A stretch of DNA of 64,000 nt from an uncultured Bacteroidales bacterium (GTDB taxonomy: Bacteria; Bacteroidota; Bacteroidia; Bacteroidales; VadinHA17), in NCBI GenBank assembly GCA_963840965.1, contig CAWJAW010000006.1, positions 342,356 through 406,355 of the forward strand, read 5' to 3'. Under the pieces are notes generated by a model. That model saw only the letters and a program-made list of their open reading frames with translations. It was not told the DNA's origin and did not search any database. The translations under genes and the position numbers were made by a program. Positions 35,669-46,268 of the stretch are shown piece after piece. Numbering within the stretch: the stretch's first letter is position 1; the number at the start of each line of letters is the position of its first letter.

Positions 35669-36085
35669 TTATGTTTCATCTTTGGGTTCCGGTTCCTTCT
35701 GAATGAATTCAAAAGGCATCCGGGCCATTCGTTCCATTTCCTTTCCCACTTCAAGCATATCCGGATCATCTGATTCGTAATGCCACCTTATCTTAATTCC
35801 GTCATGTTCTGATCTCGCTGCCGAAACGAGTTTGCAGAAATCCATAAGATATTTTGCAGATGAAGAATTGAAGTAATTTAAATCAAGGTTGAATTCAACG
35901 CTGCGTGTCTTCCCGGGAGGCTGGGATCTATAACTCGAGAACTCCTTGATCCACGTAATGATCTGATTATAAAATAACGGTACATTGGGAGGTCTTGATT
36001 CTCCTGAAATCTCAAATATATTGTTTTCAGGATCAAAATTTATTTTTGGGGAATTTGCCGTACTCTCTATAAATAGTTTTTTCAT
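35669..36085 (-). CDS. DUF1987 / SiaC-like regulatory phosphoprotein
   Basis: N-terminus MKKLFIESTANSPKINFDPENNIFEISGESRPPNVPLFYNQIITWI matches the DUF1987 pattern as I recall it. Confidence 0.7.
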   Translation of the reverse strand: MKKLFIESTANSPKINFDPENNIFEISGESRPPNVPLFYNQIITWIKEFSSYRSQPPGKTRSVEFNLDLNYFNSSSAKYLMDFCKLVSAARSEHDGIKIRWHYESDDPDMLEVGKEMERMARMPFEFIQKEPEPKDET

Positions 36086-36630
36086 TGTAAATGATTATCA
36101 ACTGCAATTGTAATTTCCAGAAAATCAAATCCTTCTTCAAGCTTTCGTATTGTGTAGGAAATCTCAGAGCCCGACTTCAATTTGATAAGTATAAGTCCGA
36201 GACCTGCTCCTGTTGCATCCTTTTTCGATTCCTCGTTGACTCTTTTTCTAAATAAATCCTTCAATGCATTCTCACTTAGATTATTGACCTCGTCAATCTT
36301 GTGAATTATCTTTTCAGCATCAGCTGTCCTGATCGCATTATCGGCCTTTATAAAAATCCTGCCGCATTTTTTTTCTATGGAAATCGTGGGTTCACCCGCA
36401 TGTTTTGCCGGAATTTCGCTTTCCGAATACTTTATTATGTTCTCAAGAATCTCAACCACAATGCCGTAAACTCTTTTGCCGGTCACCTTGTCGAGCTCCG
36501 CGAATTCACCTGCCTGCATCAGCTCCTTTAACAGGATGTTAAGTTTCTCATAATCAACCGGACCTGAATAATGCAGAAAACTGTCAGGAGAGTGAATATT
36601 TTCGTTTTTTTCAGACATGCTGATATTCAA
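36082..36630 (-). CDS. SiaB-like (HATPase-like) protein kinase
   Basis: 182 aa, 4-nt overlap with the DUF1987 gene. It has a GAGLGL ATP-lid-like motif, and its position matches the SiaB/SiaC pairing. Confidence 0.55.
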   Translation of the reverse strand: MNISMSEKNENIHSPDSFLHYSGPVDYEKLNILLKELMQAGEFAELDKVTGKRVYGIVVEILENIIKYSESEIPAKHAGEPTISIEKKCGRIFIKADNAIRTADAEKIIHKIDEVNNLSENALKDLFRKRVNEESKKDATGAGLGLILIKLKSGSEISYTIRKLEEGFDFLEITIAVDNHLQ

Positions 36631-36877
36631 AAATTAACTGACCTTGTACACTTATCAACAAAGATATATTTATTGGCAATATCAAGGTTTGAAATCCAAT
36701 GGTTTTTACAGATATGGTATCCCATTAGTGATGCATTGAGCAAAACCGTTTGAAGTGCAATCTAAAAACTCGCTGAATTAATTAATGTAAAGGAAGCACT
36801 TGAAGGACAAGCTGAAATTCTTGATAAGCCAGGAATCCCGTTGCGAACATCCTGAAAGGAGTTTCGGGGAAGAACTT

Positions 36878-37978
36878 TCAAAACTCACTTAAATACTCTT
36901 CGAGGTCATATTGTTTACACAATTCCCGGTATTCCATGAGAAGCTCCTCGTTAAAGGGCACTCCTTTATCCTTACGCTTCATCCAGGTATCATATTCCTT
37001 TTCACCGGCTGTATAAATACGTGTCTGTCCGGGCATTTTCCTCGAAGCCCTGAGATCTCTCAGGATATTTCCGGTAGTTCGCTTAAAATCATCGGGATCC
37101 GTAAAGGCATTGATATCAATTGCTATGAAAAAATGGCCCAGGGAATAGGGGACTTTTTTCCCTTCTTCCAACCCTGTCAGCATTTTAAGGTAAGCCCCCT
37201 GTTGAAGGGCTGACGACAATATCTCCACAACCGTTGCATAGCCGTATCCCTTATACCCCCCGGTATCTTCACCTATGCCGCCGAGAGGTGTAAAAGCTGC
37301 CCGGCCTGCAATAAGATCTTCCAAAACTTCGTGGGGATCTGTCTTACTTTCTCCGCTTTCATCGATAACAAGTCCTTTAGGCAATTCCTTCCCGCTTCTC
37401 GCAAAAAGTTCCACTTTCCCCCGTTGTATTATTGATGTTGCGCAATCGAGAAGAAAAGGGAACGGTTCATCGGAAGGGATTCCGAATGTAAGCGGATTTG
37501 TTCCGAGCATATTTTCAACTCCGAAGGTCGGGGCTATTGACGGGCGGGCATTTGTGCCCGTAATTCCTATCATATCCTTTTTCACAGCCATCAAGGGGTA
37601 ATACCCCGCAAAACCATAATGGGTTGAGTTCCTTACCGCAACCATTCCCATACCGTATTTACCGGCTTTGTCTATTGCCATTCCCATGGCTTTGCTCGAT
37701 ATTACATGGCCCAATCCGTTATGGCCGTCAATGACTGCAGTGGTTGGACTCTCCCTTACAACTCCGGTCACAGTCACGGGATTCAGGATTCCATCACTTA
37801 TCCTGTCGAGGTATATCTGTTTTAGCCTGTTTACACCGTGTGAATCAAATCCCAGTTTATCAGCCGTTATAAGAACATCAGCCACTATCCTTGCATCATC
37901 CTCCGGTACGCCTGCCCTTTGTAATACCTTTGTCATGAACTTCCCGACAATATCGAATTTTACATTTTTCTGCTGCAT
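36878..37978 (-). CDS. Ldh_2-family (malate/L-lactate/sulfolactate-type) dehydrogenase
   Basis: 366 aa with GFDSHGVNRL, NSTHYGFAGYY and GGYKGYGYA motifs. Confidence 0.8.
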   Translation of the reverse strand: MQQKNVKFDIVGKFMTKVLQRAGVPEDDARIVADVLITADKLGFDSHGVNRLKQIYLDRISDGILNPVTVTGVVRESPTTAVIDGHNGLGHVISSKAMGMAIDKAGKYGMGMVAVRNSTHYGFAGYYPLMAVKKDMIGITGTNARPSIAPTFGVENMLGTNPLTFGIPSDEPFPFLLDCATSIIQRGKVELFARSGKELPKGLVIDESGESKTDPHEVLEDLIAGRAAFTPLGGIGEDTGGYKGYGYATVVEILSSALQQGAYLKMLTGLEEGKKVPYSLGHFFIAIDINAFTDPDDFKRTTGNILRDLRASRKMPGQTRIYTAGEKEYDTWMKRKDKGVPFNEELLMEYRELCKQYDLEEYLSEF

Positions 37979-38038
37979 GCTTATGTGTATTAATAACTGT
38001 TTAAAAAAAAGACCCTGACAACAGACAGGAAATTCAGA

Positions 38039-39442
38039 TCATTTTCCGATACAGAAATTCCTGAAAATATTCCCAAGTATCTCATCTGATGTGATTTGGC
38101 CCGTTATCTCCCCAAGGTAATGAATAGACTGGCGGATATCCATTGCAATCAGGTCTTCAGGCAGGTGATCTTCCAGTCCTGCAATAACCCTTCCGAGGCT
38201 TTCGGAAACATGTTTCAGAGCCTCTGAATGCCGTATATTAGTCACTATCACATCTTCATTTTCAATGCTGTCCGCCTCAACAAGAATGCCCAGCTTTTCC
38301 CTGAGTTCATCCAAACCAGTATTTTCCTTTGCTGAGATGAAAAGAAGTGAATCGTTCTCTTCCACAACGATTTCCCTCCTCAGTTTGTTGGTAACACCCG
38401 TATCGGCCGTGTCAATCTTGTTAATAACAATAACGAGCCTCTTGTCCGATCCCCTTATCATCTCCTTCACCATGCTGGCTCTCTGGTTTATCACTGAAGC
38501 CTGATCCGATACATCATCCACCAGCAGCACCACTGTAGCCTGCATTATTTTTTCCTTTGTCTTATGAATACCAAGGCTTTCAATTACATCCGATGTCTCC
38601 CGGAGGCCTGCCGTATCAATAAACCTGTACTCGATCCCGTGAATAACAATAGTATCTTCAATGACGTCCCTGGTTGTTCCGGGCAGGTCTGAAACAATAG
38701 CCCGCTCTTCATTGAGAAGGGTGTTAAGAAGGGTAGATTTTCCGGAATTTGGTTTCCCGACAATTGCCACCGGTATTCCGTTCCTGATAACATTTCCAAG
38801 CCGGAAAGAATCAGCCAGCCTGTCTGCCATTCCTTTTACCCTGGAGACAATGGACATCAGCTCTTTCCTGTCGGCGAATTCCACATCCTCTTCACCGAAG
38901 TCCAATTCAAGCTCGATAAGTGAGGCAAACCTAAGCAATTCATTTCTCAGGCTTTTTATCTCTGCCGAGAATCCTCCCCTCATCTGGCTGAAAGCAACCC
39001 GGTGGGCCGACCTTGTTCCTGAAGCAATCAGATCGGCAACGGCTTCAGCCTGCGAAAGGTCCATTTTACCATTTAAAAAAGCCCTTTGGGTAAATTCTCC
39101 GGGCAAAGCAGGAACTGCTCCCTCCGAAATCAGCGATTCAAGAATCCGGGAAACGATATATGTAGAAGCATGACAGGAAATTTCAACTGAATCTTCGCCG
39201 GTGTAAGAATGAGGAGCTCTGAATTTGCTTACCACTACCTCATCGATTATCTCGTCTCCCTTCCGAATATCACCATGCAATGATCTGTATCCGGGCAGAT
39301 CCGGAAACTTAAGGTTCTTGTCCGTAGGGAAAAAGATCCTTTCGCAGATGAGAAAGGTAATATTCCCGCTTACCCTTATTACCGATATAGCGCCTCCCCT
39401 TGCAGTTGCAGGGGCACAGATGGTCTCCTCGTGCCTGAGCAT
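38039..39442 (-). CDS. mnmE: tRNA modification GTPase MnmE
   Basis: G1 motif GKPNSGKSTL, DTAGLRE, NKID, and the C-terminal CIGK. Confidence 0.95.
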   Translation of the reverse strand: MLRHEETICAPATARGGAISVIRVSGNITFLICERIFFPTDKNLKFPDLPGYRSLHGDIRKGDEIIDEVVVSKFRAPHSYTGEDSVEISCHASTYIVSRILESLISEGAVPALPGEFTQRAFLNGKMDLSQAEAVADLIASGTRSAHRVAFSQMRGGFSAEIKSLRNELLRFASLIELELDFGEEDVEFADRKELMSIVSRVKGMADRLADSFRLGNVIRNGIPVAIVGKPNSGKSTLLNTLLNEERAIVSDLPGTTRDVIEDTIVIHGIEYRFIDTAGLRETSDVIESLGIHKTKEKIMQATVVLLVDDVSDQASVINQRASMVKEMIRGSDKRLVIVINKIDTADTGVTNKLRREIVVEENDSLLFISAKENTGLDELREKLGILVEADSIENEDVIVTNIRHSEALKHVSESLGRVIAGLEDHLPEDLIAMDIRQSIHYLGEITGQITSDEILGNIFRNFCIGK

Positions 39443-39517
39443 TTCAGTTCGTCTGACAACCGCAAAGATAACGAGTTACACCACGGAAAGCAACAGTGCA
39501 GTATCAGTTTAAAGTAG

Positions 39518-40288
39518 TCACTGCTGAAGGTTCTGCAATGAAAATACATAATCATCCACCTTGCCGCCTTCAGTTATATTGTTGAAAAGTATTTCCGATT
39601 TTCTGCCGGTCTTCAGATTGCTGGCCACCATGTTCTTAATCATGTATTTGCCATCTTTCATCGGGAACGTGGCCTTTGTCTCGATTACCTTAAAAAGTTC
39701 ATCATCAAAATTATAGAACTCCATTTTCATCACCTCATACTTATCTTTCGATATATGACTGACCTTCCTTGAATAACCGTATTCATCAGCCTTGTCTTCG
39801 TTATTCGGAATGCTTTCGATTATCCAGTTACCATCCGTTCCGGCGTTACCGAGAAGCTTGTGATTGAAATCAGAAACGGCAGGGGAGGTCATATCAGCGT
39901 TTGTGAACTCCGAGCTCATGAAACTCCGGCCCTTTTCGGAAGTGACAATGCGCCGTGTCTTCTTCAATGCAGGCAGATAGATCCACATCTCATCAGCCGT
40001 ATTCTTGTTGTCGACAATAAGCATCGCAGTGCCTCTTACATCAGCAGGCTCCATAAACCTTACAAGCCTTTTTTCCAGACCATCTTCAAAGCTTTTGGTT
40101 GTCATTGAGATGGTCCTGTTTCTCTCTGAACCGTTTTTTTCGGTTATTGTGAGCCTGAGGGTCGCACTCAGGGTGGAAGCTAAGCTAAGCTCACGGCTCC
40201 TGTTCATGATCTCAACTGCGCCGGGCTGCTGGGCTGTTGCCGGCATAAGTGGCAGAAGTAATCCCAGTATTATTGCTTTCGTTCTCAT
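39518..40288 (-). CDS. LolA-like outer-membrane lipoprotein-sorting protein
   Basis: RLVRFMEPADVRGTAMLI...EMWIYLPALKKTRRI...SFMSSEFTNADM pattern. Signal peptide present. Confidence 0.8.
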   Translation of the reverse strand: MRTKAIILGLLLPLMPATAQQPGAVEIMNRSRELSLASTLSATLRLTITEKNGSERNRTISMTTKSFEDGLEKRLVRFMEPADVRGTAMLIVDNKNTADEMWIYLPALKKTRRIVTSEKGRSFMSSEFTNADMTSPAVSDFNHKLLGNAGTDGNWIIESIPNNEDKADEYGYSRKVSHISKDKYEVMKMEFYNFDDELFKVIETKATFPMKDGKYMIKNMVASNLKTGRKSEILFNNITEGGKVDDYVFSLQNLQQ

Positions 40289-42579
40289 TTTTCTTCTTTA
40301 TTAATTGATTTTTGTGAATTGAATCCTATAAAAGCCGGTTTGTATTTCAAAAGAAAAGCCGGCACAATTAAAAGTGCTCCGATAAGGCACGAGCCTATAC
40401 TGATAAACACCAGGTAGCCGAAAAACCTGATCGATGTGAACCCTGAAAAGATAAGTGCTCCAAACCCGGTCATAACGCTAAGAGCGTTAATAATGATGCT
40501 CCTGCCGATTGTCCGGATCGCTGCCGAGGTCGCTTCCGGCCACGAAAGGCCCGAATTAATCTGAATATTGAAGTTCCAGATATACTGTATTGTAAAATCA
40601 ACACCTACACCGATCATGATGGAAGAAAGAAGGGCCGTGGCTGCATCCAGGGGTATTCCTGAATAACCCATGAACCCGAACAAAATCACAATCGATGCAA
40701 AAAGAGGAACAGATCCTGTCAACCCTCCTCTGAATGACCTGAATATCAGGGAAAGCAGGAGCAGGACCGTTAATACGGCAAAAAGGAGAGAAGAGATCTG
40801 TCCCCTGATAATTGACTCCGCAAAATCGCCCATTATAAGGGCATATCCGCCTATGCTGACTATTGCATCCATTCCGGATGTGAGTTCTGTTATCCTGGCG
40901 CTGACAGGCCTGACAAACTTTTTATCGGGTTTTGAAAACCTGACCAGCACATGTGCCTTCGAATATTCCATATCCGACAGCTGACGGAAGTCTTCCGGGT
41001 CGCCGCTCATGCTGTAAAGCTCGAACATCTGGGCAATCGCCTCACGGCTATTGGGTATAATGTCATAGCCTTCCTCGCCGCTTGTGTAGATAGCCTTGCT
41101 CATCTCCCTTACAACCTGTGATATACTGAATACATTTCCGACACCTTCAAGGCCTTTGACTTCATTGGTCAGCTTGTCGATCCCTTTCATAAGGGCGGGG
41201 TCATTAATGTCGCCCTCTATCATCACAGAAATGGTCTGGGATCCTCCGAATTTTTCATTGATAATCTCCGATGCCTTTTTCACCGGATGATTCGAAGAAA
41301 AATAATTCTCCATATTTGTATCGATCCGGATGAAAACAGTGCCTGCCGCAAACAGCAGAATTACTGCAGCAAAGACAATCAGAATTCTGCCGGGATGCCT
41401 TATCACCAGATCCGAAAGCTTTGCAAGGAATCTGTCAAAGAAAGTACGATCGTTCCTTTTTCTTTTACCGGAAATCAATCCCTCATTATTTATGCTGATA
41501 AGCGAAGGTATCAGCAGCAGACTCATCAGAAGTGCAAGTAAAACTCCTGCTGCTGCCAGCACCCCGACCTGCTTTGCAGGAATTATCGAGTGGGTTAATA
41601 ATCCCAAAATACCTGCTACTGTTGTCAGTCCGCTGAAAAGAATAGGCATGCTCAGCGATTTGAACAAACTTTTCAGCAAATCATTAACCGGAGTACCCGG
41701 ATTCCTCAGCTTAAGCTCCTGAAACCTGGCTACCAGATAGATTCCATAGTTGTTCGCTACCCCTATCATAATAACAGGCACCAGAACGGTAATTATCGAC
41801 ATTTTCCAGTCCAGAAGGGGTACCAGTGCCATGCTGAATGCCGTTGTGAGAAAGACGACGCTGAAAGGCATAACCACACTGCGCCAGTTGCCAAGGTTCA
41901 GCCGAAGCACCAGCAGCATAATTATCAGTGCTGCCGGAATAAGCTTGATTGCATCCTTCTTTACATCCCTCAGAAGGCTCTTTCGTATATAAGGCAGGCC
42001 GCCCTTCATAATCTCAGCCTTTCCCGGCCTGGAACTTACAATCGAATCGATCCTGTCAGTAGTGATATTTTCACCTATAGTGGCATTTACGGTAGCCGTA
42101 ACTGAGGCAGTGGTGAAATCGGAAGAAACCACGATATCACGTGCAAAGTCATTTGCCAGGATTTCTTCCCTGAGTTTATCCGTATCACCCATATCTGAAG
42201 GGATGTCCTCAATTAATGGCTTCACCACCATCATTCCTTCTTCACTGCTTATACTGCTGACGGTGAAAGGAGATATTCTGTTGGTGATCCCACCCAGCTT
42301 TGAAATTCCCCTGTCAATCTCTTTTATTCGCTGTAGATTTTCAGTATCAAGGATATAACTGTCGGAAAAAAGGATCATAACCATGTCCTGTGTCCCGAAC
42401 TCATTCTCAATTCTGTCGGTCTGCTGCCTCGAATCAATAGATTCCGGGATATAGTTCCTTATGTCGGGATCAACTTTCATCCGCGGAATAAGCACCAGCG
42501 ATCCGGCCCCGATCAGGAAGCAGCATGCTATTATAAAATACCTGTATTTGTAGATAAAAGAAGCCATATCAGAAATCAA
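40285..42579 (-). CDS. MMPL/RND-superfamily transporter
   Basis: 764 aa with two 6-TM bundles separated by large loops. 4-nt overlap with the LolA-like gene. Confidence 0.85.
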   Translation of the reverse strand: MISDMASFIYKYRYFIIACCFLIGAGSLVLIPRMKVDPDIRNYIPESIDSRQQTDRIENEFGTQDMVMILFSDSYILDTENLQRIKEIDRGISKLGGITNRISPFTVSSISSEEGMMVVKPLIEDIPSDMGDTDKLREEILANDFARDIVVSSDFTTASVTATVNATIGENITTDRIDSIVSSRPGKAEIMKGGLPYIRKSLLRDVKKDAIKLIPAALIIMLLVLRLNLGNWRSVVMPFSVVFLTTAFSMALVPLLDWKMSIITVLVPVIMIGVANNYGIYLVARFQELKLRNPGTPVNDLLKSLFKSLSMPILFSGLTTVAGILGLLTHSIIPAKQVGVLAAAGVLLALLMSLLLIPSLISINNEGLISGKRKRNDRTFFDRFLAKLSDLVIRHPGRILIVFAAVILLFAAGTVFIRIDTNMENYFSSNHPVKKASEIINEKFGGSQTISVMIEGDINDPALMKGIDKLTNEVKGLEGVGNVFSISQVVREMSKAIYTSGEEGYDIIPNSREAIAQMFELYSMSGDPEDFRQLSDMEYSKAHVLVRFSKPDKKFVRPVSARITELTSGMDAIVSIGGYALIMGDFAESIIRGQISSLLFAVLTVLLLLSLIFRSFRGGLTGSVPLFASIVILFGFMGYSGIPLDAATALLSSIMIGVGVDFTIQYIWNFNIQINSGLSWPEATSAAIRTIGRSIIINALSVMTGFGALIFSGFTSIRFFGYLVFISIGSCLIGALLIVPAFLLKYKPAFIGFNSQKSINKEEK

Positions 42580-43963
42580 CCCTTAGTGAAACATATACCC
42601 CATTCATGAAATCTTCAACAATATCGTAAAGTGAACCCTTACTGCCGGAATAAATTTCTACCCCGGCAACTACAGTGAGCCCGTCTGAAGGCTTTACCCT
42701 TAATTCGGGCATCACCAGCAGGTCGTGCGAGGTGAAATTGTACAGAGTGGTTAGCGAAGGAAGGATCTTTCCGTACATCAGTTCCGCTTCCGCCCTGAGT
42801 CCGGCAGAATGGTAAAACTCATACATCTGATAATTGTAAAGCCTGTTAAAAGCACCAACCTGTTGTTCCACATAATCACCGGCATCAAATTCAGGATTGG
42901 CAAGCAGCGGGGCAAAACCGGAGAAGTCGATCTCCGTTCCCAGTAACGGATCGACTTCGGAGGGAACAAAATCCGAAACATGCTTGCCGCTGTATTCAGC
43001 CGTTACCCTCCATATCCCTCCGGCCCAGTCGGCACCGACGGCCCATTCCAGTTCAGAAAAAGGGACATATTCATTTCCCGTGTATGAAAGAGCAGGATCT
43101 GACCAGGCGGCTTCACCGCGAATCCCAAATGGTCCCGCAATGGTTTCAAAATCAGCACCCAGAACCCTGTTATGGTAAGGCTTAACTGATAATCCGACTT
43201 CCATTATTGGTATGGTCTGTTCAAGTTCAAGATTGAAGGTGGTAAGCGCAATTCCCGGCATTGGATCATACCCGTCGAACCATGAAACAGAGAAGTCGAT
43301 CAGCCTGGGATGAAAATCAGCCCGCAGGGCATAACTGTATATTTTGCTGTCAGTTACAAGTGAAGGAAGTTGCTCAATTCCAACAAAAGAGGGCAGGGGA
43401 ATGGGATCGATTATCAGGACCGAAGGCCGGTAATAGGGGATGAAAACAGCTTCAAGGCTGACAGGTGCCCATGGAGTTATCCTGGCAGCAACAAGAAGAT
43501 TAGCCATGTCCATATCCTCCCTGTCGGGTGAACGCATAACAGTATTGATAGGAGAGAGTCGGTTAGTCGGGTTGGTAAAATCGCACCGGCCCCATTTTAT
43601 TATTTTCTGGCCTGCTGAAACATTCCACTTTGCACCGTTCACCTGAACCCAGGCTTCACGGATGTCTATACTGCTGACAGGTTCATTGAATTCAGCGCCG
43701 TACCTGAAACGGACGTCAGCAAAAGCCTTAAAACCCTTACCTCTGCCTGTCTCGAGCTTCAGACCGATGTCAGAGAAGGCGGTAGGCACATGCAGCCTAT
43801 CTTCATCCTTTTTAGTCCATGAATATAATCCGCCCCTGACAAATCCGCCAAACACAACTGGAGAGTTGATAATATCAATGTCAACGGTGTTTATAGTATC
43901 CTGCCCGCTTACCGGAATGAAAAACAAAAGAAGCAAAACCGCCACAAAGATTGGAGTCTTCAT
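42569..43963 (-). CDS. Outer-membrane beta-barrel protein of unknown function
   Basis: Signal peptide, alternating amphipathic strands, and a C-terminal aromatic residue (RVDF). It is the first gene of the MMPL operon, with an 11-nt overlap. Confidence 0.5.
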   Translation of the reverse strand: MKTPIFVAVLLLLFFIPVSGQDTINTVDIDIINSPVVFGGFVRGGLYSWTKKDEDRLHVPTAFSDIGLKLETGRGKGFKAFADVRFRYGAEFNEPVSSIDIREAWVQVNGAKWNVSAGQKIIKWGRCDFTNPTNRLSPINTVMRSPDREDMDMANLLVAARITPWAPVSLEAVFIPYYRPSVLIIDPIPLPSFVGIEQLPSLVTDSKIYSYALRADFHPRLIDFSVSWFDGYDPMPGIALTTFNLELEQTIPIMEVGLSVKPYHNRVLGADFETIAGPFGIRGEAAWSDPALSYTGNEYVPFSELEWAVGADWAGGIWRVTAEYSGKHVSDFVPSEVDPLLGTEIDFSGFAPLLANPEFDAGDYVEQQVGAFNRLYNYQMYEFYHSAGLRAEAELMYGKILPSLTTLYNFTSHDLLVMPELRVKPSDGLTVVAGVEIYSGSKGSLYDIVEDFMNGVYVSLRVDF

Positions 43964-44074
43964 TTTTCAGTTTTTTACAAATGAACAATAAGAAAAGACT
44001 CCTGTCGCTTCATCCGCTCTATCCGCACCTGTCCGGGAAGATTTAAAGGTGCGTCCCGCTTTGGCCGTACGTGG

Positions 44075-45199
44075 TTATTTTGAAATCCCGACTATCTTTT
44101 CCCTGTAATTACTGGGCGTCTGACCGGTCTGACTCTTGAAAAAAGAATTGAAGGTGGTTTTTGAATTGAAGCCTGAATCCAGAGCTATTGCCAGAATGGT
44201 ATAGTTGTTATATTGAGGATCGTTAAACCTTTCAATAACCTCCCTTGTCCTGTATTCATTTACAAATACAAAAAAGTTTTTTCTGTAGGTTTCATTCAGT
44301 ACCTGTGTGATATGATGCCGGGAAATACCGGTCTTCTGGCTGAGATCGTGAATGGTCAGATTGCCGTCGAGATATGGCTTTTTTGCTTCCATGTAAACCA
44401 GGAGCCGGGAGAGATATTTTTCAGCCTGTGCTTTCTTCAGACCGCTCCTGGTGTATTTCCCGGTTTCCTTCTTCTCACCGTCCTTTTCGCTCAGAAGTAC
44501 TTCACCGAAAATAACAGGTTGTTTGATGCCATAAAAACTGTACACAATGCAAAAAATGGTGATAAATCCGAAGATGACAAAATAGGGGTCGAATGGAATA
44601 AAGTTCCCGAGTATATCCAGACCGCCAAGAATAAACATTGTGAAGTAAGCAACATAGAAACTGATGGTAAGGATCTTGAGCCAGTTAAGGGTGATCCGTT
44701 GGGATGTGAAGGATGTAAGGTTTTTCAGGTTCGATTGATGCTTCTTTATTTTTATGAAAGAAAGAATGCTGTATGCAGTTATCGATAGAAAAAATGAGAC
44801 CGAGTAGACTATTCTGAGTGAGATTAGTTTGTCGGGTCTGAAAAAGCCTCCCAGGTCGCTTACCAGGGGTTCCGACCTGAATATCACCGAAACGGTAAAG
44901 AAAACGAAGAAAGGTAAAAAATGGATCAGTTCAACAGGCTTAAACTTCTTTTCCGTAGTGGTCATGTAACTTACATAGAGAAACAGCAGGGGGCCGTAAG
45001 TGAAAGTAATAAAAGGGAAGGAATACATTTCGATGACTTTGCTGTTCAGCAGGGCAAATATCATCTCCACGCAGAAAATAAAGAGCCATGCTGCCATTAC
45101 ACGGTTTGCAAAAGTATATGGCTTTTTAGTTGAGATTAGCAGTCCTGCAAATAATGACTGATATATCCCTATATATAAAACCGGCTCTATATTTACCAT
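44075..45199 (-). CDS. Membrane-tethered AraC-family transcriptional regulator
   Basis: Multi-TM N-terminus and a C-terminal HTH_18/AraC domain (LTIHDLSQKTGISRHHITQVLN...GFNSKTTFNSFFK). Confidence 0.85.
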   Translation of the reverse strand: MVNIEPVLYIGIYQSLFAGLLISTKKPYTFANRVMAAWLFIFCVEMIFALLNSKVIEMYSFPFITFTYGPLLFLYVSYMTTTEKKFKPVELIHFLPFFVFFTVSVIFRSEPLVSDLGGFFRPDKLISLRIVYSVSFFLSITAYSILSFIKIKKHQSNLKNLTSFTSQRITLNWLKILTISFYVAYFTMFILGGLDILGNFIPFDPYFVIFGFITIFCIVYSFYGIKQPVIFGEVLLSEKDGEKKETGKYTRSGLKKAQAEKYLSRLLVYMEAKKPYLDGNLTIHDLSQKTGISRHHITQVLNETYRKNFFVFVNEYRTREVIERFNDPQYNNYTILAIALDSGFNSKTTFNSFFKSQTGQTPSNYREKIVGISK

Positions 45200-45359
45200 A
45201 ATACAAAGGATCTGAAATCAGAAGAATTCTTTGACCGGTCTTCCTGATTCTTTCCAAATATAGCCAAATTGAATCAATTAATTCCTTTATATTTGGAATT
45301 CATGACAGGCCCGTAAGGCTCATCATGATAAATGTTATTCAGTTAGATATCCGGCTATT

Positions 45360-46229
45360 ATGAGCATACTCGTTAACAAGGATTCCAGGGTTCTGGTACA
45401 GGGTATAACAGGCAGCGAGGGCACCTTCCATGCCACCCAGATGATAGAGTACGGAACATTGGTAGTCGGGGGAGTCACCCCCGGTAAGGGGGGAACAACG
45501 CACCTCGGCCTTCCGGTCTTCGATACCGTCGGTGAGGCAGTCAAAGCGACGGGCGCTAATGTGTCGATCATTTTTGTTCCTCCTCAGGCAGGCGGAGATG
45601 CCATAATGGAAGCTGCAGCCGCAGGAGTCGGGCTTATCGTGGCAATTACAGAGGGAATCCCCGTAAGCGATATGGTTAAGGCAAAGGAATACATCAAGGC
45701 GTTCGGTTGCCGGCTGATAGGACCGAACTGTCCGGGAATCATCACCCCTGGTGAGGCCAAGGTGGGAATAATGCCCGGATTCATCCACAGGAAAGGACAT
45801 ATAGGGATTATTTCCAGGTCGGGCACCCTTGCATACGAGGCGGTCGACCAGATTACCAGTATGGGACTGGGTCAATCCACCGGACTTGGGATCGGCGGCG
45901 ATCCTGTGGTGGGCACTTCAATCCTTGATGCGGTTAAACTGATGATGGAAGATGACGAAACAAGTGCAATGGTAATAATAGGAGAGATAGGCGGGACCAT
46001 GGAAACTGAGGCAGCAGAATGGATAAGGGATAACGGGACAAAGCCGGTAATAGCTTTCATAGCAGGTCAGACAGCTCCAAAAGGAAGACGCATGGGACAT
46101 GCCGGGGCAATAATAGGAGGGAAGGCCGACACTGCAGGCGACAAAATCCGGATAATGAAAGAATGTGGTGTCCACGTTGTTGAATCGCCGGCTGATATTG
46201 GCAAAAAAGTGTCTCTGGTAGTAAAATAA
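45360..46229 (+). CDS. sucD: Succinate--CoA ligase subunit alpha
   Basis: [40 protein letters not shown] motifs. Confidence 0.95.
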   Translation: MSILVNKDSRVLVQGITGSEGTFHATQMIEYGTLVVGGVTPGKGGTTHLGLPVFDTVGEAVKATGANVSIIFVPPQAGGDAIMEAAAAGVGLIVAITEGIPVSDMVKAKEYIKAFGCRLIGPNCPGIITPGEAKVGIMPGFIHRKGHIGIISRSGTLAYEAVDQITSMGLGQSTGLGIGGDPVVGTSILDAVKLMMEDDETSAMVIIGEIGGTMETEAAEWIRDNGTKPVIAFIAGQTAPKGRRMGHAGAIIGGKADTAGDKIRIMKECGVHVVESPADIGKKVSLVVK

Positions 46230-46260
46230 TGCCGGTTTATACTCCATTTCCTGTTTTTTC

Positions 46261-46268
46261 TATATTTG
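46261..46268 (+). promoter_or_regulatory. Bacteroidota-type -7 box TATATTTG upstream of fabG
   Basis: Exact match to the TAnnTTTG consensus, 38 nt upstream of the ATG at 46306. Confidence 0.5.

Noticed and set aside
35600-35773. The C-terminal tail of ORF 35144-35773 (CEIGNGDQDYKPQGKLNKKQ...).
   Set aside because: Similarity to sensor phosphatases stops at FILSKP. The remainder overlaps the well-supported converging DUF1987 gene and looks like read-through into non-homologous sequence.
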